Shown here in pieces: positions 1-11,807 of a stretch of DNA of 37,899 nucleotides (positions are counted from its first letter, which is position 1; every line of letters begins with the position of its first letter). A model generated the notes under the pieces. That model was not told the origin of the DNA, did not search any database, and saw only the letters and a program-made list of their open reading frames with translations. A program made the position numbers and the translations under genes. Source of the DNA: Octopus bimaculoides (Eukaryota); NCBI RefSeq assembly GCF_001194135.2, contig NC_068985.1:119444794-119482692 (forward strand). The letters are read 5' to 3'.

Positions 1-340
1 GCACAAGTTTGATCCCGGACGGCAGAGCTGTTGTAGAGCTTGACGACACTCGCGGTGCCAATCGCCCAGTTTCGGTCTCTTCCTGATCCATGTTTGCAGT
101 TCGGTGAGTGAGACTAGCTGCGGGAAGGCGTGCCTCACAAACGGCACCCACACCTGTTCACCGTCGTCAATGAAGTTCCAGAGATGCCGCAGTCTCAGCG
201 CATGTCTGTGCATCATTAACCACGGCATCCCCAGTCCTCCATGTAACGGTTGTTGACAGCAAATGGATCGCCTCACCATCGGAACGCCACCCTTCCACAG
301 AAAGCGGAAAAGTATGCGTTCTAGTTTCGTGATGGTGGCC
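1..340 (-). mobile_element. L1/Tx1-like non-LTR retrotransposon ORF2 fragment (post-RT region), running off the left edge of the window
   Basis: My translation of the minus strand gives a stop-free frame of about 110 codons: TITKLERILFRFLWKGGVPMVRRSICCQQPLHGGLGMPWLMMHRHALRLRHLWNFIDDGEQVW... The FLWxG...GGLGxP pattern is typical of L1/Tx1 ORF2 just after the RT. It is absent from the ORF track, probably because it has no stop inside the window. Confidence 0.7.
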
Positions 341-384
341 AAGGACTGAGATAAACGAAATTTGGCGTAACTATCAGTCCTCTA

Positions 385-1036
385 CATAGCCACCACCAAT
401 GGTGACACACTTCTCCACGCTTTATGCAGCTATGAAGACCTCGTCTGTAGAAGTCGGAATGTTGTGTCTGGAGCCAAGACTTTACCTCGAAAATAAGTTC
501 ATCATCACCCGAAAAGTGCTTCCCCTTCAAAGTAAACTTCATGGTTGGAAAGAGGTGGAAGTCAGATAGTGCGAGGTTGGGAGAGTAAAGGGGACGAGGA
601 AGGATTTCATAGCCGTGGTAGTGTGCTTTCATCTGGGCAACATGCATATTGTGAACTGCGGCGTTGTCTTGGAGGAAGCGGATTCCTTTGCTCAGCATGC
701 CGTACCTCTTGCAATTTCCGCAGCAGAGAAGCATAATATGCCCTGTTAATTGTGGTGTCTTTGCCAGAAAATCAATCATCACTACTCCGCGCTGGTCCCA
801 AAAGACTGTGAGCATCACTTTGCCTGATGAAGGTTGGACACGAGCCTTCTTTGGAGGTGGTGAGTTATCATGCTTCCATTGCTTCCACTGGATTTTAGTT
901 TCAGGATCATAGTGATGGATCAATATTTCATCCTGTGTGATAAGGCTGCCGAATAATTCCTCCTCAATTTCTTGGCACATTGCCAAAAGAGTGTGGGAGC
1001 AATTGACTCGTTCCCGCTTCTGAAAAGGTGTGAGCA
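385..1036 (-). pseudogene. Mariner transposase catalytic half (frameshifted pseudogene)
   Basis: Part of track ORF 321..1088. It has D,D34D motifs and WKQW / KVMLTVFWD motifs, with an apparent frameshift between the first and second Asp and another at the C-terminus. The ORF's first ~17 codons come from the inserted element. Confidence 0.85.
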
Positions 1037-1665
1037 TGTTATGACTCAAGCTACTGCTATCTAGCATCTTCGGATGATCTCTACTCAACCGCTAACCGAC
1101 TGCTACTCAACTTTTTCTTTATTTTGGCACTGCGGTCACTACACAGAGTGGGGCCACTACAAGGACAGACAAAACAATACAGCACATGGGGTACAAAGAA
1201 CGAATGATGAATGAAATGAATTACTTACAATGAGGTGATGAAACGGCTTACGAGTCCCCCAAAACTCGCAGTTTCATTTAACAGTTCTCTCATACAGTTA
1301 ATGATCATATTTTTTCTTTAACAATTGTAAGTGGCCACAGCTACTCTGCCGTTACTACACTTGGCAGGGTGTCGTAAGCCCACGTATAATCCACTTATTT
1401 GAAACTTGTCCGGGTGTATCTGTTGCAGTCTCTGCATCACATGCTCTTCCACCAATATAGCTTTCTTTTTTTCTTCAAACGTTTCAGGGTCCAGTTTAAG
1501 TCTTACTAATACTTTTATTCTTGCAATCGTCTTTTCCAACTCTAAATCCTTGTCGTAAAAAATCACTGTTCCAATAGCTACTCAAAACCCCTACCACGGT
1601 CAGACTACCTCTATTTATATGTCTTGGGCGATCCTACTTCTTCGTTTGGGGGCGTCGACACAACA
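1037..1665 (-). mobile_element. Solo-LTR-like insertion (629 bp)
   Basis: Termini TGTT...AACA, flanked by a perfect 5-bp direct repeat GAGCA (1032-1036 and 1666-1670). Removing it restores mariner ...WIPRMLTPFQ. On the minus strand there is a TATAAATA near 1612-1619 and an AATAAA near 1514-1519. Confidence 0.72.
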
Positions 1666-2169
1666 GAGCATCCGAGGAATCCATCATGCAGACAACTTCT
1701 GCATGTGCAAATGGTCGTGGATGATTTTTTTCGCTTCTTAGGCTAGTTGCAGAATAATTATGCGGCGATCCTCCAAAACGGTGGTTTCCACTTTGTGGAT
1801 GGTGTCTTCATCAATGGTGGAATGTGGCTGTCCAGGAATAGGAGCAGTCTCCACTGATGTCCGACCACATTTGAACTAGTGACGCCAGCGCTCCACTACG
1901 TCGTATGATGGTACATCGTCACCATAAACTTCTTTCATTTCATCGAAAGTCTTTTTTGGTTTAACCTGATCACTGATCTGCATTCAACTGCCTCCATTAT
2001 AATACCTTAGTCCATTTCAGCAGCCGTAAAAGACAAACGAATACCAGTAGAAAGCTGCAATTTATAATGTGATATGTAGAGACATGTATGATTATACTTG
2101 TACAAGTTCCGTTTCCTGCAATAACAAGAAGTGGGTCTGGAAAAATCTTTAATGAACACCCCTCGTATG

Positions 2170-2939
2170 ATATACATATATATAATATATAATACATATG
2201 TTCCCATACATACATACATACATACATACATACATACATACATACATACACACGCTTATACGAAAAGTTTCCGCACAATTTTCGTTTACAGAATTCACTT
2301 AGAAAGTTTTGGTTAGCCCAGGTTTATAGTAGAAGACACTTGCCCAAGGTGCCTGTTTCTAGTAGCCCATGCTTATGGAGAGCCGTCGTCAGCTCACTAT
2401 GAAGAAAGAAGCAATTTCATCAAAGTTCACCAAATATTGGTTTCTAATTTTGACAAAAGGCCAGCAATTTTGGGGCTGCGGGATAAATCGATTAGATCGA
2501 CCCCAGTGTTCAAGTGGTACACGTTTCACCGTCTTCGAAAGCATGAAAGGTAAAGTTGGAATTAACTCAGAATCTAAAGTCGGACGAAATGCCGCTAAGC
2601 ATTTTGTCCGGCATGCTAACGAGTCTGCCAGCTCGCTGCCTTTCAGTTCATCAAATACTAAACACAATACAGTCCGTAATTGACAATTATTATGAACGAT
2701 CAGGTTTGACTAAGCGTCTTCGCTTTGTTAATCTTTGCATCTTAGTGTTAGAAGGTTAAAAATTTACCCGGAAAGAACTTCGCTATGTATTTAAAAGAAT
2801 CTACGCAACAATAGAGGAAGCAACATACGTCGATTGCTAATTAAAAGCGTATATGTGAGTAGGTATACGTATGTATGTATGTATGTATGCATGTATGTCT
2901 GTATGTATGTGTATGTACTATGTATGTGTGTATGTAAAT

Positions 2940-2989
<50 letters not shown>

Positions 2990-3587
2990 ACGTACATGCA
3001 TTCATACACATGTACGTGTGAAAATAATGCCTACATTGAAAACTACGTAATTCTATACATAATGACTATCTTCCTATTCTTTTATGTACGATAAGAAAAC
3101 TCACACACACGCACACACACGCGCACACACGCACACACACACACACACACAAACCCGTGCGCACACATACATACATAGGTGTACACTTCCATACACGTAT
3201 ATACATATATTTTCTTTTGTGTGTTTTAGTACTAATGAGATAAGCGAAATTATCCCATTGCCCTGCAGGTACTTACATAACTTATCACATAGCCAAGTCG
3301 AACAACTACAACAGCAGTGAACAACAACAACAATAGCAACACCAACCACATTAGCAATAGCAACAACAACGTCAACGACTATGGCGCCATCACACATACT
3401 TTCGCACTTACCCACACCTGCTCTTGTTAGTTACGCATCCATTTGAAAAACGTCAACGGTCAAATCAGACTGCACGCGTTGCTTTTTTTCCTTTTCGTTT
3501 TCACTCCGTAGATTTTCTATTTCTTTTGTATGCTGTTTCTCTTTTCCTCCCCCCCCATTCTTCTTTGTTTCTGTGTTGCAGTATTCA

Positions 3588-3656
<69 letters not shown>

Positions 3657-4195
3657 TATCTCCCTTAGGACGAAAGGACATATCTTGATATGTCAGATTA
3701 ATGAGAGCCGCCAAGTTATAATCTTCAGTTTTAATCCTAGCCAGAGGAAAATGGTGTGAGAATGATTAGAGGAATGGTGACAACACAAACGCCGTTAGAG
3801 ACTTCGACACATGGATATACATACATACATACATATATACAAACATACATACATACACACACACACACACATATATGCACATAACTATATACATCGTATG
3901 TATGTATGTATGTATGTATGTATGTATTTGCGTATATATATATATATACATATATATAGACACACACACACACATATATATACATACACACATACACACA
4001 TATATATACACACCGTATATGTGTATTTATATATACCACAATCATACATAATATATACACACCTAAACACAACTCTCTCAGCTATTTGTACATTTGCATA
4101 CGTATGTAATGTATGTATGTATGTATGTATGCATGCATGTATGTGTGTGTGTGTGTATGCATGTATGCATGTATATATGTATGCATGTGTGCGTT
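2170..4195. repeat. Microsatellite-rich block: (TACA)n, (TA)n, (CA)n, (TG)n and CAA/ACC low complexity
   Basis: Direct reading. It generates the CVCV, YIYI and HTHT pseudo-ORFs. Confidence 0.95.
2433..2642 (-). mobile_element. tRNA-derived SINE, family A
   Basis: Matches other copies in the window: minus-strand head AAGGCGGCGAGCTGGCAGAATCGTTAGC with a GTTCAAATTC B-box-like motif, and body CCTTTCATCCTTTCGGGGTCGATAAAATAAGTACCAG (approximate consensus). Confidence 0.8.
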
Positions 4196-4545
4196 AATCT
4201 GTGAGACTCCAGTTCGAGAGTTCTGGAGTCGTGGGTAGGTACCCATTAATTACCATTACTCCCAGGTTGGTTCTGATCCCAGTTAAATACCATGTGCATT
4301 CGTACATATATATATATACATACGTACACATTTTATTATTACTGTTATGCATATAATAATAATAATAATAATAATGTTTCATCGAATTCTGTTATTTCCA
4401 TGGCACCGTGAAATTTTTCCTTCCCATTGCACGGCAGAATCAACTCCTCACAGCACCACAAAAACAAATTAATAAACGCAAAAGTGGTTCATGAGGTAAA
4501 CGCCTGTATTATATATCCAAAATTAACTTACTACATTTATCACAT

Positions 4546-5101
4546 TTAAGTTATCTCTTTAAATTTTCTGTATAATTTAGAGCCAGCGCTGTTACGTTTC
4601 ATATATGAATTCGTCTATGAAAAGAAATATATTGGCTGTACATGCATATTTCGGGAGTTATCGTTCCTTCATTAGCATCACATCCAACCCATAATCATCC
4701 TCGAGCTTAAACAGCCATTATGTTTAGCGCTGTAACTGTTGGATACACCAATTTACATATTAAACTCATTCCTAGCAACTCGTAGGTACATATCAATTGC
4801 TGGTAGGGACATCGAATTTCGGTTTGCAACCATAATATACAACCAAGTATATTAAAGGTTTATAAGTTAACACTGTGTCCTACTTTTTGTGTTAAGCAGT
4901 GCGATACAATTACTATTAAGCTATCTCTACAGATTTTCTGTAGAATTTAGAGTCAGCACTGAAAGTAATCACGTTTCGTATACTAATACGTGTATGTAAA
5001 CAATGCAATCAACGATAGTAAAATAGGCAATTGGTGTATATGCATATTTCAGGAGTCCTTGTTCTTTTTTCCGCTCCACATCCAACCCATTAACCATCCG
5101 C
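4546..5101 (+). repeat. Old diverged direct duplication (4546-4703 and 4916-5101)
   Basis: Shared ordered blocks: ttaagNtatctct, attttctgtaNaatttagagNcagcNctg, tgcatatttcNggag, cacatccaacccat. Confidence 0.75.
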
Positions 5102-5458
5102 GAACGTATTGCTTAAATAGCCACAAAATTTATGTGACTTAAAATTATTCCAGTCATGAGGTAAAGAATAGTCTGTGTAATACTCCTCGGTTAGTTCGTC
5201 GCTATACCCGAAGATCGACTGTCTGGAGAGAAAATTTGTGGAAGCAATTACTCCAGCATTAGTACCTGTTTCGTAATTTAATTGGCAATGTGCAATCAAA
5301 AGAAATGCTAAAAGCCTAAAGACTATGAGATGGCGATTGATTATATACATAGTCTCATCGATGTTGGTTTTGTAGCTTTTGCATCAATTGGTTATAGACA
5401 AACTTGTAGTCACAAATATATGCTTGGAAGATAATAAGATCAAGGGTACACACACACC

Positions 5459-5544
<86 letters not shown>

Positions 5545-6694
5545 TCTAAGCTGTTCAAAATGCTTATAACACATTGAACCCCACTAAAGGCACCCGTGCC
5601 TTTAGACGCCCTGGATGTCTAAAGCTCGGAAGATTCTTCTAAATCGGGTGACAGATTAATTACTACCCAAGAGTAGGAACGGTCCCGCAAATTTCCGTCT
5701 ATCAAATTTCACTTGAAGCGACTTGAAGCAAAGACAGAAGACACTTGCCCAGGATGCTGCGCAGACGGACTGAACTTGAAACTACCTTGTAGCGAAGCGA
5801 ACTTCTTAATCATATTGTCATATTTGCATCTTAAGATTAGAACAACGAGTCTTTCGACCACACTTTAAAACCCATGGTTATTGTAATATCATAAAAATTT
5901 CCAGCTTTTAACTGGTCGTCTTGAAATCTTGTTGACACAACATTCCATGCTGTCGTGTAAATAAGGTTCTGTAAGTTAAGTAATTCACTATCACCGAAGT
6001 CGCCACCGTTGCTACCGCTGTCATCATATTTCAGTTCTGACAATGTACATGGCTAAACAAGTTAGTCCTAGATAAATAATAGGAAGATAGGCAGGCACCA
6101 TTTTAATTAACAATGTAATATAAAACCCTCATCACTTTGAAAATTTTGGAACGTGAATGTTTCATCGCCTCTATTAATCATTAATTATATTTATTGTAAG
6201 CAGTGGGCGCATTATGTACCTGACACGTGTATTTTGTTAGCTTGTAGTTCTGATCTCAAATTTTCTGATGAGATAATACAGAGGAAATAAGCTCTGACAG
6301 GTGTCGTTGTAATTGCTTATGTTGTCATCGTCGTTGTTGTCGTCATTGTTGCTGTTATTGCTGCTGCTGTTTAGCAACAGGTCAGCATTGAGATAACAAA
6401 CCTATGATCAAAGGTATTCTGTGACCATCCCGTCTTTTTAGGGGCGTATGGGAGTATTTTCTCCGATGGGACCTTTCCTTATTTAAAATGATAGCACTCT
6501 AATTGGCTGTTATTTCTAGCAAGTCAAACCACTATGTTGAAGGCACCTGTACTTTTAGAAAATTGAAATTTTGTGTAATAAAGCATGTTCTATAAAAACT
6601 ACTTCATTTGTGTAAAAAGATAAGAGTTGCAAGCAGCATAATAATTGAAAATTTTAAAAGCATGTATTTTTTTTTTATGAGTTATTGCTTCTAA

Positions 6695-7379
6695 TTATTG
6701 GCTTCAAATTTTGGCACAAGGCTGGTGATTTCGGGGGAAGGGTTAGTCGATTACATCGACCGCAGTGTTCAACTGGTACTTATTTTATCGACCCTGAAAG
6801 GATGAAAGGCGAAGTCGACGAAGTGTTTGTTGTTTTCTTTTATCTCTCCCAAAATGGGGAACTTGATAATTATACATGTAATACAGAGCCCCCTTTTCCA
6901 TCTTTACATTCTTAAGGGAATGGGATGTAGATTAGATTTAAATATTGGTTTCAAATTTTGGCACAAGGACAGAAATTTTAGGTGGAGGGTGCTCTACTCA
7001 AATTGTACTTATTTTATCGATTCCGAAAGAATGAAAGCTAAAGTCAACCTCGGCAGAATTTGAACTCAAAATGTAAAGACGAACGAAATGCCTTTAAGCA
7101 TTTTACCTACAGTGCTAACAATTCTTCCAGTTCGTCGCCTTACGCTTAAATTTAACTGCTGTTTTCAAAGTTTGGCACAAGGCCAGCAATTACAAGGGAG
7201 GGTGTAAGTCGATTACATCGGCTCCAGTGATCAACTGGTACTTATTTTATCAATCCCGAAAAGATGAAAGGCAAAGTCAGCCTCGGGAGAATTTTAACTC
7301 AGAACGGAAAGACGGACGAAACACCGCTAAGCATTTTGTTCCGGCGTGCTAATAACAATTCTGCCGGCTCGCCGCCTTG
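6695..7379 (-). mobile_element. Three co-oriented family A SINE copies (6695-6830 partial, 6942-7142, 7165-7379)
   Basis: Each has the aaattttggcacaagg tail end and the actggtacttattttatcga...atgaaagg body. The last two also have the tRNA-like head. Confidence 0.88.
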
Positions 7380-7613
7380 AAGGTTCGATTTAAATATTAA
7401 TATCTGTAATGTAGTTTGGCCTGCACTTTTATATTTTTTATTATGAACATCTTTATAATAGTGATACGCATAGCGTGATTATATTAAAGTATAATCTTCT
7501 GGAAGTATTTATATTATATTTAAAAATATGAATAAGACTACGGCTACTGAGATAACTGCAACGGAATCGCTGCAGTGAGTGGACTGCGGTATGCTGACCC
7601 ATTGTTATCCAAG

Positions 7614-7735
7614 ACCCCTTTCGGGGTCGATAGATTAAGTACCAGTCAAGTACTGGGTCGATGTGATCGACTATCCCCTTCCCCAGAAATGCTAGGCCTT
7701 GTGCCTATCGTAGAAACGATTATTATTATTATTTT
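7614..7735 (+). mobile_element. 5'-truncated family A-related SINE with (ATT)n end
   Basis: cctttcggggtcgatagattaagtaccag...ggccttgtgcct followed by (att)n. Confidence 0.75.
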
Positions 7736-8140
7736 ACAGTTTTTGCACAGCTTCTAACGCTGGAGATGTACTACGGTGTCAGCTATTCACTACCAGTGAA
7801 CTATAAAGTAACACCCGCTATTTTTCGACCACCATCCGGAGTATTCGGGTGGTTCCAAGCAGTGCTGTTTTCTGCAAGTGCTCCACCATTATTGCAGCCC
7901 CAACTTGTTACAGGGTTGCTCGGGTAGTAACACTCCATGACCACAGAATTGACTTGTTTGTTCCATCTACGCCGTGTGTGCTGGTCCATGGCTGGATAAC
8001 GACAGGCTGGAGTCGGACCAGTATCTCTGAGCTTGCCGGGTGTAACACTGTCACCATCAAGGGCTTCAGTTTCATTACCACCGTTATTCACAATATTTTG
8101 TTATTTCATTGTCACTCATATGAGGCAGTAATTACCAGTG
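7719..8140 (-). mobile_element. Internally deleted R4/Dong-like LINE derivative (ORF N-terminus joined to ORF C-terminus, 3' UTR and TAA tail)
   Basis: The minus strand reads RRRWNKQVNSVVMECYYPSNP (R4/Dong-like N-terminal motif). After about position 7905, in another frame, it reads GAAIMVEHLQKTALLGTTRILRMVVEK* (typical C-terminus), then a short UTR and (TAA)n. Confidence 0.65.
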
Positions 8141-8144
8141 TTTT

Positions 8145-8195
<51 letters not shown>

Positions 8196-8197
8196 CA

Positions 8198-8440
8198 TAG
8201 TAGGTGCCTTAGGTATAATAAAAAAAATATTCAGACAAAACATAACAAAAACACCAGGACTTACAAATATATATAACATACAGAAAATTGCACTACTGGG
8301 TACTGCACACATCCTACGCAAAACACTTTCAATACAGTAAACATAAGAGCACCACAGCAAACCACAGCACATACCCAAGGCGCACAGAGCTGCGCTCGGT
8401 AGTGAAGTGAAAGCACGTTATAAAAATAAAACTACTGAAC

Positions 8441-8488
<48 letters not shown>

Positions 8489-8490
8489 TA
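8198..8490 (+). mobile_element. R4/Dong-like LINE 3' end
   Basis: VGALGIIKK...PG...IQKIALLGTAHILRKTLSIQ*, a ~100-nt UTR, and (AAT)n tracts on both sides (8146-8195 and 8441-8488). Confidence 0.72.
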
Positions 8491-8501
8491 TTATTATTAT
8501 C

Positions 8502-9075
8502 GCGCCGCCACCCTCCTTCTATCGTGCAGCCAAGGCAGTTTTCCTTTGCCCGGTAGCTGTGGTGAAAGAGGTTGTAGGTGGACAAGGCTGAAAGGCATGA
8601 GGACAGATACATTCCTCTTTGGTAGAACTCTCATTGACTTCTTCAAGTTTCACTTGTAAAGGAAATTGAGACTGGAGAGGCAAGTGCTGTCCTCGAATGA
8701 GTTTATTGAAAGGTGGGTGAAAGTTGCGAAAAAGAGCAAGAGTGGATGGTATCTCTGTGTAGACCTGTGAGTCAGTGAGAAGGAATTGGAGAGGGCACTT
8801 ACTCCTAGGGATTCAGAGAAATTTCGGCCAGTGGCGTTCCTTGATTATCTTTAGAAGCTTACCTGTATCAGGAGGTCCACATCTCTATCACCCTCCACGC
8901 CATTTTTTCTTTTTGCCTTTGTATGCCATGCATATGTCCCTTCTGTTTCAGTGTATACCGTGTATACTTACCCTTTTTAAAAATCGTTTCATTATTATAT
9001 GTAAGCTCCAACACTTTATGTCTGTCTCTGTATTGCCCCCCCCCTCATCCTTCGCCCATGTGGAAGATGAATGAA
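8502..9075 (+). mobile_element. L1/Tx1-like LINE 3' end (ORF2 C-terminus plus 3' UTR), decayed
   Basis: Translates, with one frameshift and one stop, as AVVKEVV/WTRLKGMRTDTFLFGRTLIDFFKFHL*RKLRLERQVLSSNEFIERWVKVAK, followed by a pyrimidine-rich UTR-like stretch. Confidence 0.6.
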
Positions 9076-9485
9076 ATCATTTATTATTGATCACTAAGCT
9101 CCCTGAGTGTCCTATTTCCCCTTTCAGTGAGTTGCATGTGTTGTTTGTCTGTATGAGAAGTAAGTCGCCAAACCTGGATAGTGTTTTCTTAAAGCTTTAT
9201 TGTAGGATATAAGATGTTTAGACTTTTTCTAGGCAAAAATCTATTGGAACTGGTACCATGCTACGAAATTTGTAACTGTTGGGCCATGAATTGGGGAAGC
9301 TGCTAAAGAAAGACTGCTTAATGAGAGATAACCTGGGACTAAACATAATCCTCATCATCACCAATACCAACAACAGCAGCAGCAGCAACAACAACTAGTA
9401 CTTAATTTATTGATGTAGATTATTGAAATCGATCAGGGCGGCATTTGAACTCTACTAAGCATCTAACTTGACGTCTAACTAATTT

Positions 9486-9752
9486 TGGCAGTCAAATACT
9501 ATTATCTGCATGAACATTATTATCGTCAATTTAAAGATAATGATAGCATTCTAAAGAAAATACTAAACGAAAATTTATATTATGGGTTAAATATTAGTTG
9601 TGACTTAAACTTCTTACTCTGGCAGTCAATACTTTTATTTGTAAGAATAATATTATCGACAATTTAATGATAATTACAGCATTTTAAAGAAAATATTAAA
9701 CGGAAATTTATTTTATGCGTTATATATTATTCCTGACTTAAACTTCTTACTC
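9486..9752 (+). repeat. Two-copy tandem repeat, unit about 133 bp
   Basis: Units 9486-9619 and 9620-9752 both begin tggcagtcaa and end tgacttaaacttcttactc. Confidence 0.9.
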
Positions 9753-9934
9753 AAAAATCTAATCTCCTAACGCTAAACCGCAAACTCCTGATTCTAAATC
9801 CTAATGTTAAACGCTCTGAAGAAGCGTTTTAAGTTTACTCGATCTTTCTTTGGTTTCGATAGATACATCTAAAATATTTGTTATTACTTGATTCCATGAG
9901 AAGCTCGCTCGAAAGAAGAGAATATTGAATTTTA

Positions 9935-9937
9935 GCA

Positions 9938-10008
<71 letters not shown>

Positions 10009-10288
10009 CATCCATCCATCCATCCATCCATCCAGCCATCCATTTATTTATCCATCGTTCATGCGTCTTTCCGTCCGCTTTCCTGTCCGTCTTTCCGTCC
10101 GCTTTTCCTTCCATCTGTCCGTCTGTCTGAATGTCTGTCAATCTATCGACACTCCTCGCACATCAACGATTTCAAAGTTTCAATCTTTCGACAACTACAG
10201 GCGACCATTTTGTTTATGTTCGTGTCTTATTTTGATGTCATCTGCGAAGAATAGACTTTACTGTACTTGCTCTTTTACTTGTTTTGAA

Positions 10289-10353
<65 letters not shown>

Positions 10354-11085
10354 GTCTATCTATCTGTCTATCTACATCTCTATGTATATATAAATCCCTT
10401 AATTTCTCGGACCTCTCTGTCTGTCTCTGTCTGTCTGTCTCTGTCTGTCTGTCTCTGTCTGTCTGTCTCTGTCTGTCTGTCTCTGTCTGTCTGTCTCTGT
10501 CTGTCTATCTCTCTGTCTATCTCTCCCCCCTTCTCTCTAAATATCTGCCTAGGATTAGGCTGATATCAGATATTGCATCAATCTTATTAGTCACTGTGGG
10601 TAGGGTCTTACAATGACTATTATAATTTCGTCCCATTTCAGAGAGATCAGCTTTAAAAATGAAATCAGAAGAAATTGTAATTTGTTTTTGAGAACATGGG
10701 TAACACCCAAACATATCAATGAATCCGTTTTCGATCTATCAACGGAGTCATGACATTTGGAACGCTAGAAATAGCTACTAAATCTTCCTCAGATCATATA
10801 TTATTTCACTAAAAAGTGAAGAATATATTTGTATAACGTCGTCCTGGACATACAAAAAGGACTGTATGATCAAGAGTGTAACGTGTTTGATTACAAATCT
10901 GTTAGATCAAGGGTTGAGGCGAGTTAAACAACAGCAGCAGCGGAAATCAGCTCTCATCTCATTTATTTTTCAATGAGTTAGACTTCACTCTAAAGCTAAT
11001 TTTATTATTTATCATATTGGATTTGAACGTAAAATAGATACAGTTCAGCGCCGTCGCCTCTTTTTGATGCATTGTCTGACAATGT

Positions 11086-11135
<50 letters not shown>

Positions 11136-11726
11136 NNNNNNNNNNNNNNNNNNNNNNNNNNNNNNNNNNNNNNNNNNNNNNNNNNNNNNNNNNNNNNNNN
11201 NNNNNNNNNNNNNNNNNNNNNNNNNNNNNNNNNNNNNNNNNNNNNNNNNNNNNNNNNNNNNNNNNNNNNNNNNNNNNNNNNNNNNNNNNNNNNNNNNNNN
11301 NNNNNNNNNNNNNNNNNNNNNNNNNNNNNNNNNNNNNNNNNNNNNNNNNNNNNNNNNNNNNNNNNNNNNNNNNNNNNNNNNNNNNNNNNNNNNNNNNNNN
11401 NNNNNNNNNNNNNNNNNNNNNNNNNNNNNNNNNNNNNNNNNNNNNNNNNNNNNNNNNNNNNNNNNNNNNNNNNNNNNNNNNNNNNNNNNNNNNNNNNNNN
11501 NNNNNNNNNNNNNNNNNNNNNNNNNNNNNNNNNNNNNNNNNNNNNNNNNNNNNNNNNNNNNNNNNNNNNNNNNNNNNNNNNNNNNNNNNNNNNNNNNNNN
11601 NNNNNNNNNNNNNNNNNNNNNNNNNNNNNNNNNNNNNNNNNNNNNNNNNNNNNNNNNNNNNNNNNNNNNNNNNNNNNNNNNNNNNNNNNNNNNNNNNNNN
11701 NNNNNNNNNNNNNNNNNNNNNNNNNN

Positions 11727-11762
<36 letters not shown>

Positions 11763-11768
11763 GATAAT

Positions 11769-11807
<39 letters not shown>

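Larger units (their letters stand above)
345..2165 (-). mobile_element. Decayed mariner (DD34D) DNA transposon interrupted by a 629-bp insert; only the 5' TIR is visible
   Basis: 5' end TA-CGAGGGGTGTTCATTAAAGATTTTTCCAGACC (TA at 2166-2167). N-terminal half from ATG 1997: MEAVECRSVIR / PKKTFDEMKEVYGDDVPSYDVVERW...WIPRML, with stops and a frameshift. The catalytic half carries LITQDE, HHYDPETK, FLQDNA and YSPNLALSD, with 34 residues between the second and third Asp. Confidence 0.92.

Noticed and set aside
1318-1566. 82-aa ORF inside the solo-LTR-like insert
   Set aside because: It starts at a non-ATG codon, has no recognisable motif, and lies in an LTR-like segment with TATA and polyA signals.
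5837-6043. 68-aa non-repetitive ORF
   Set aside because: Non-ATG start, no recognisable motif, and length compatible with chance.
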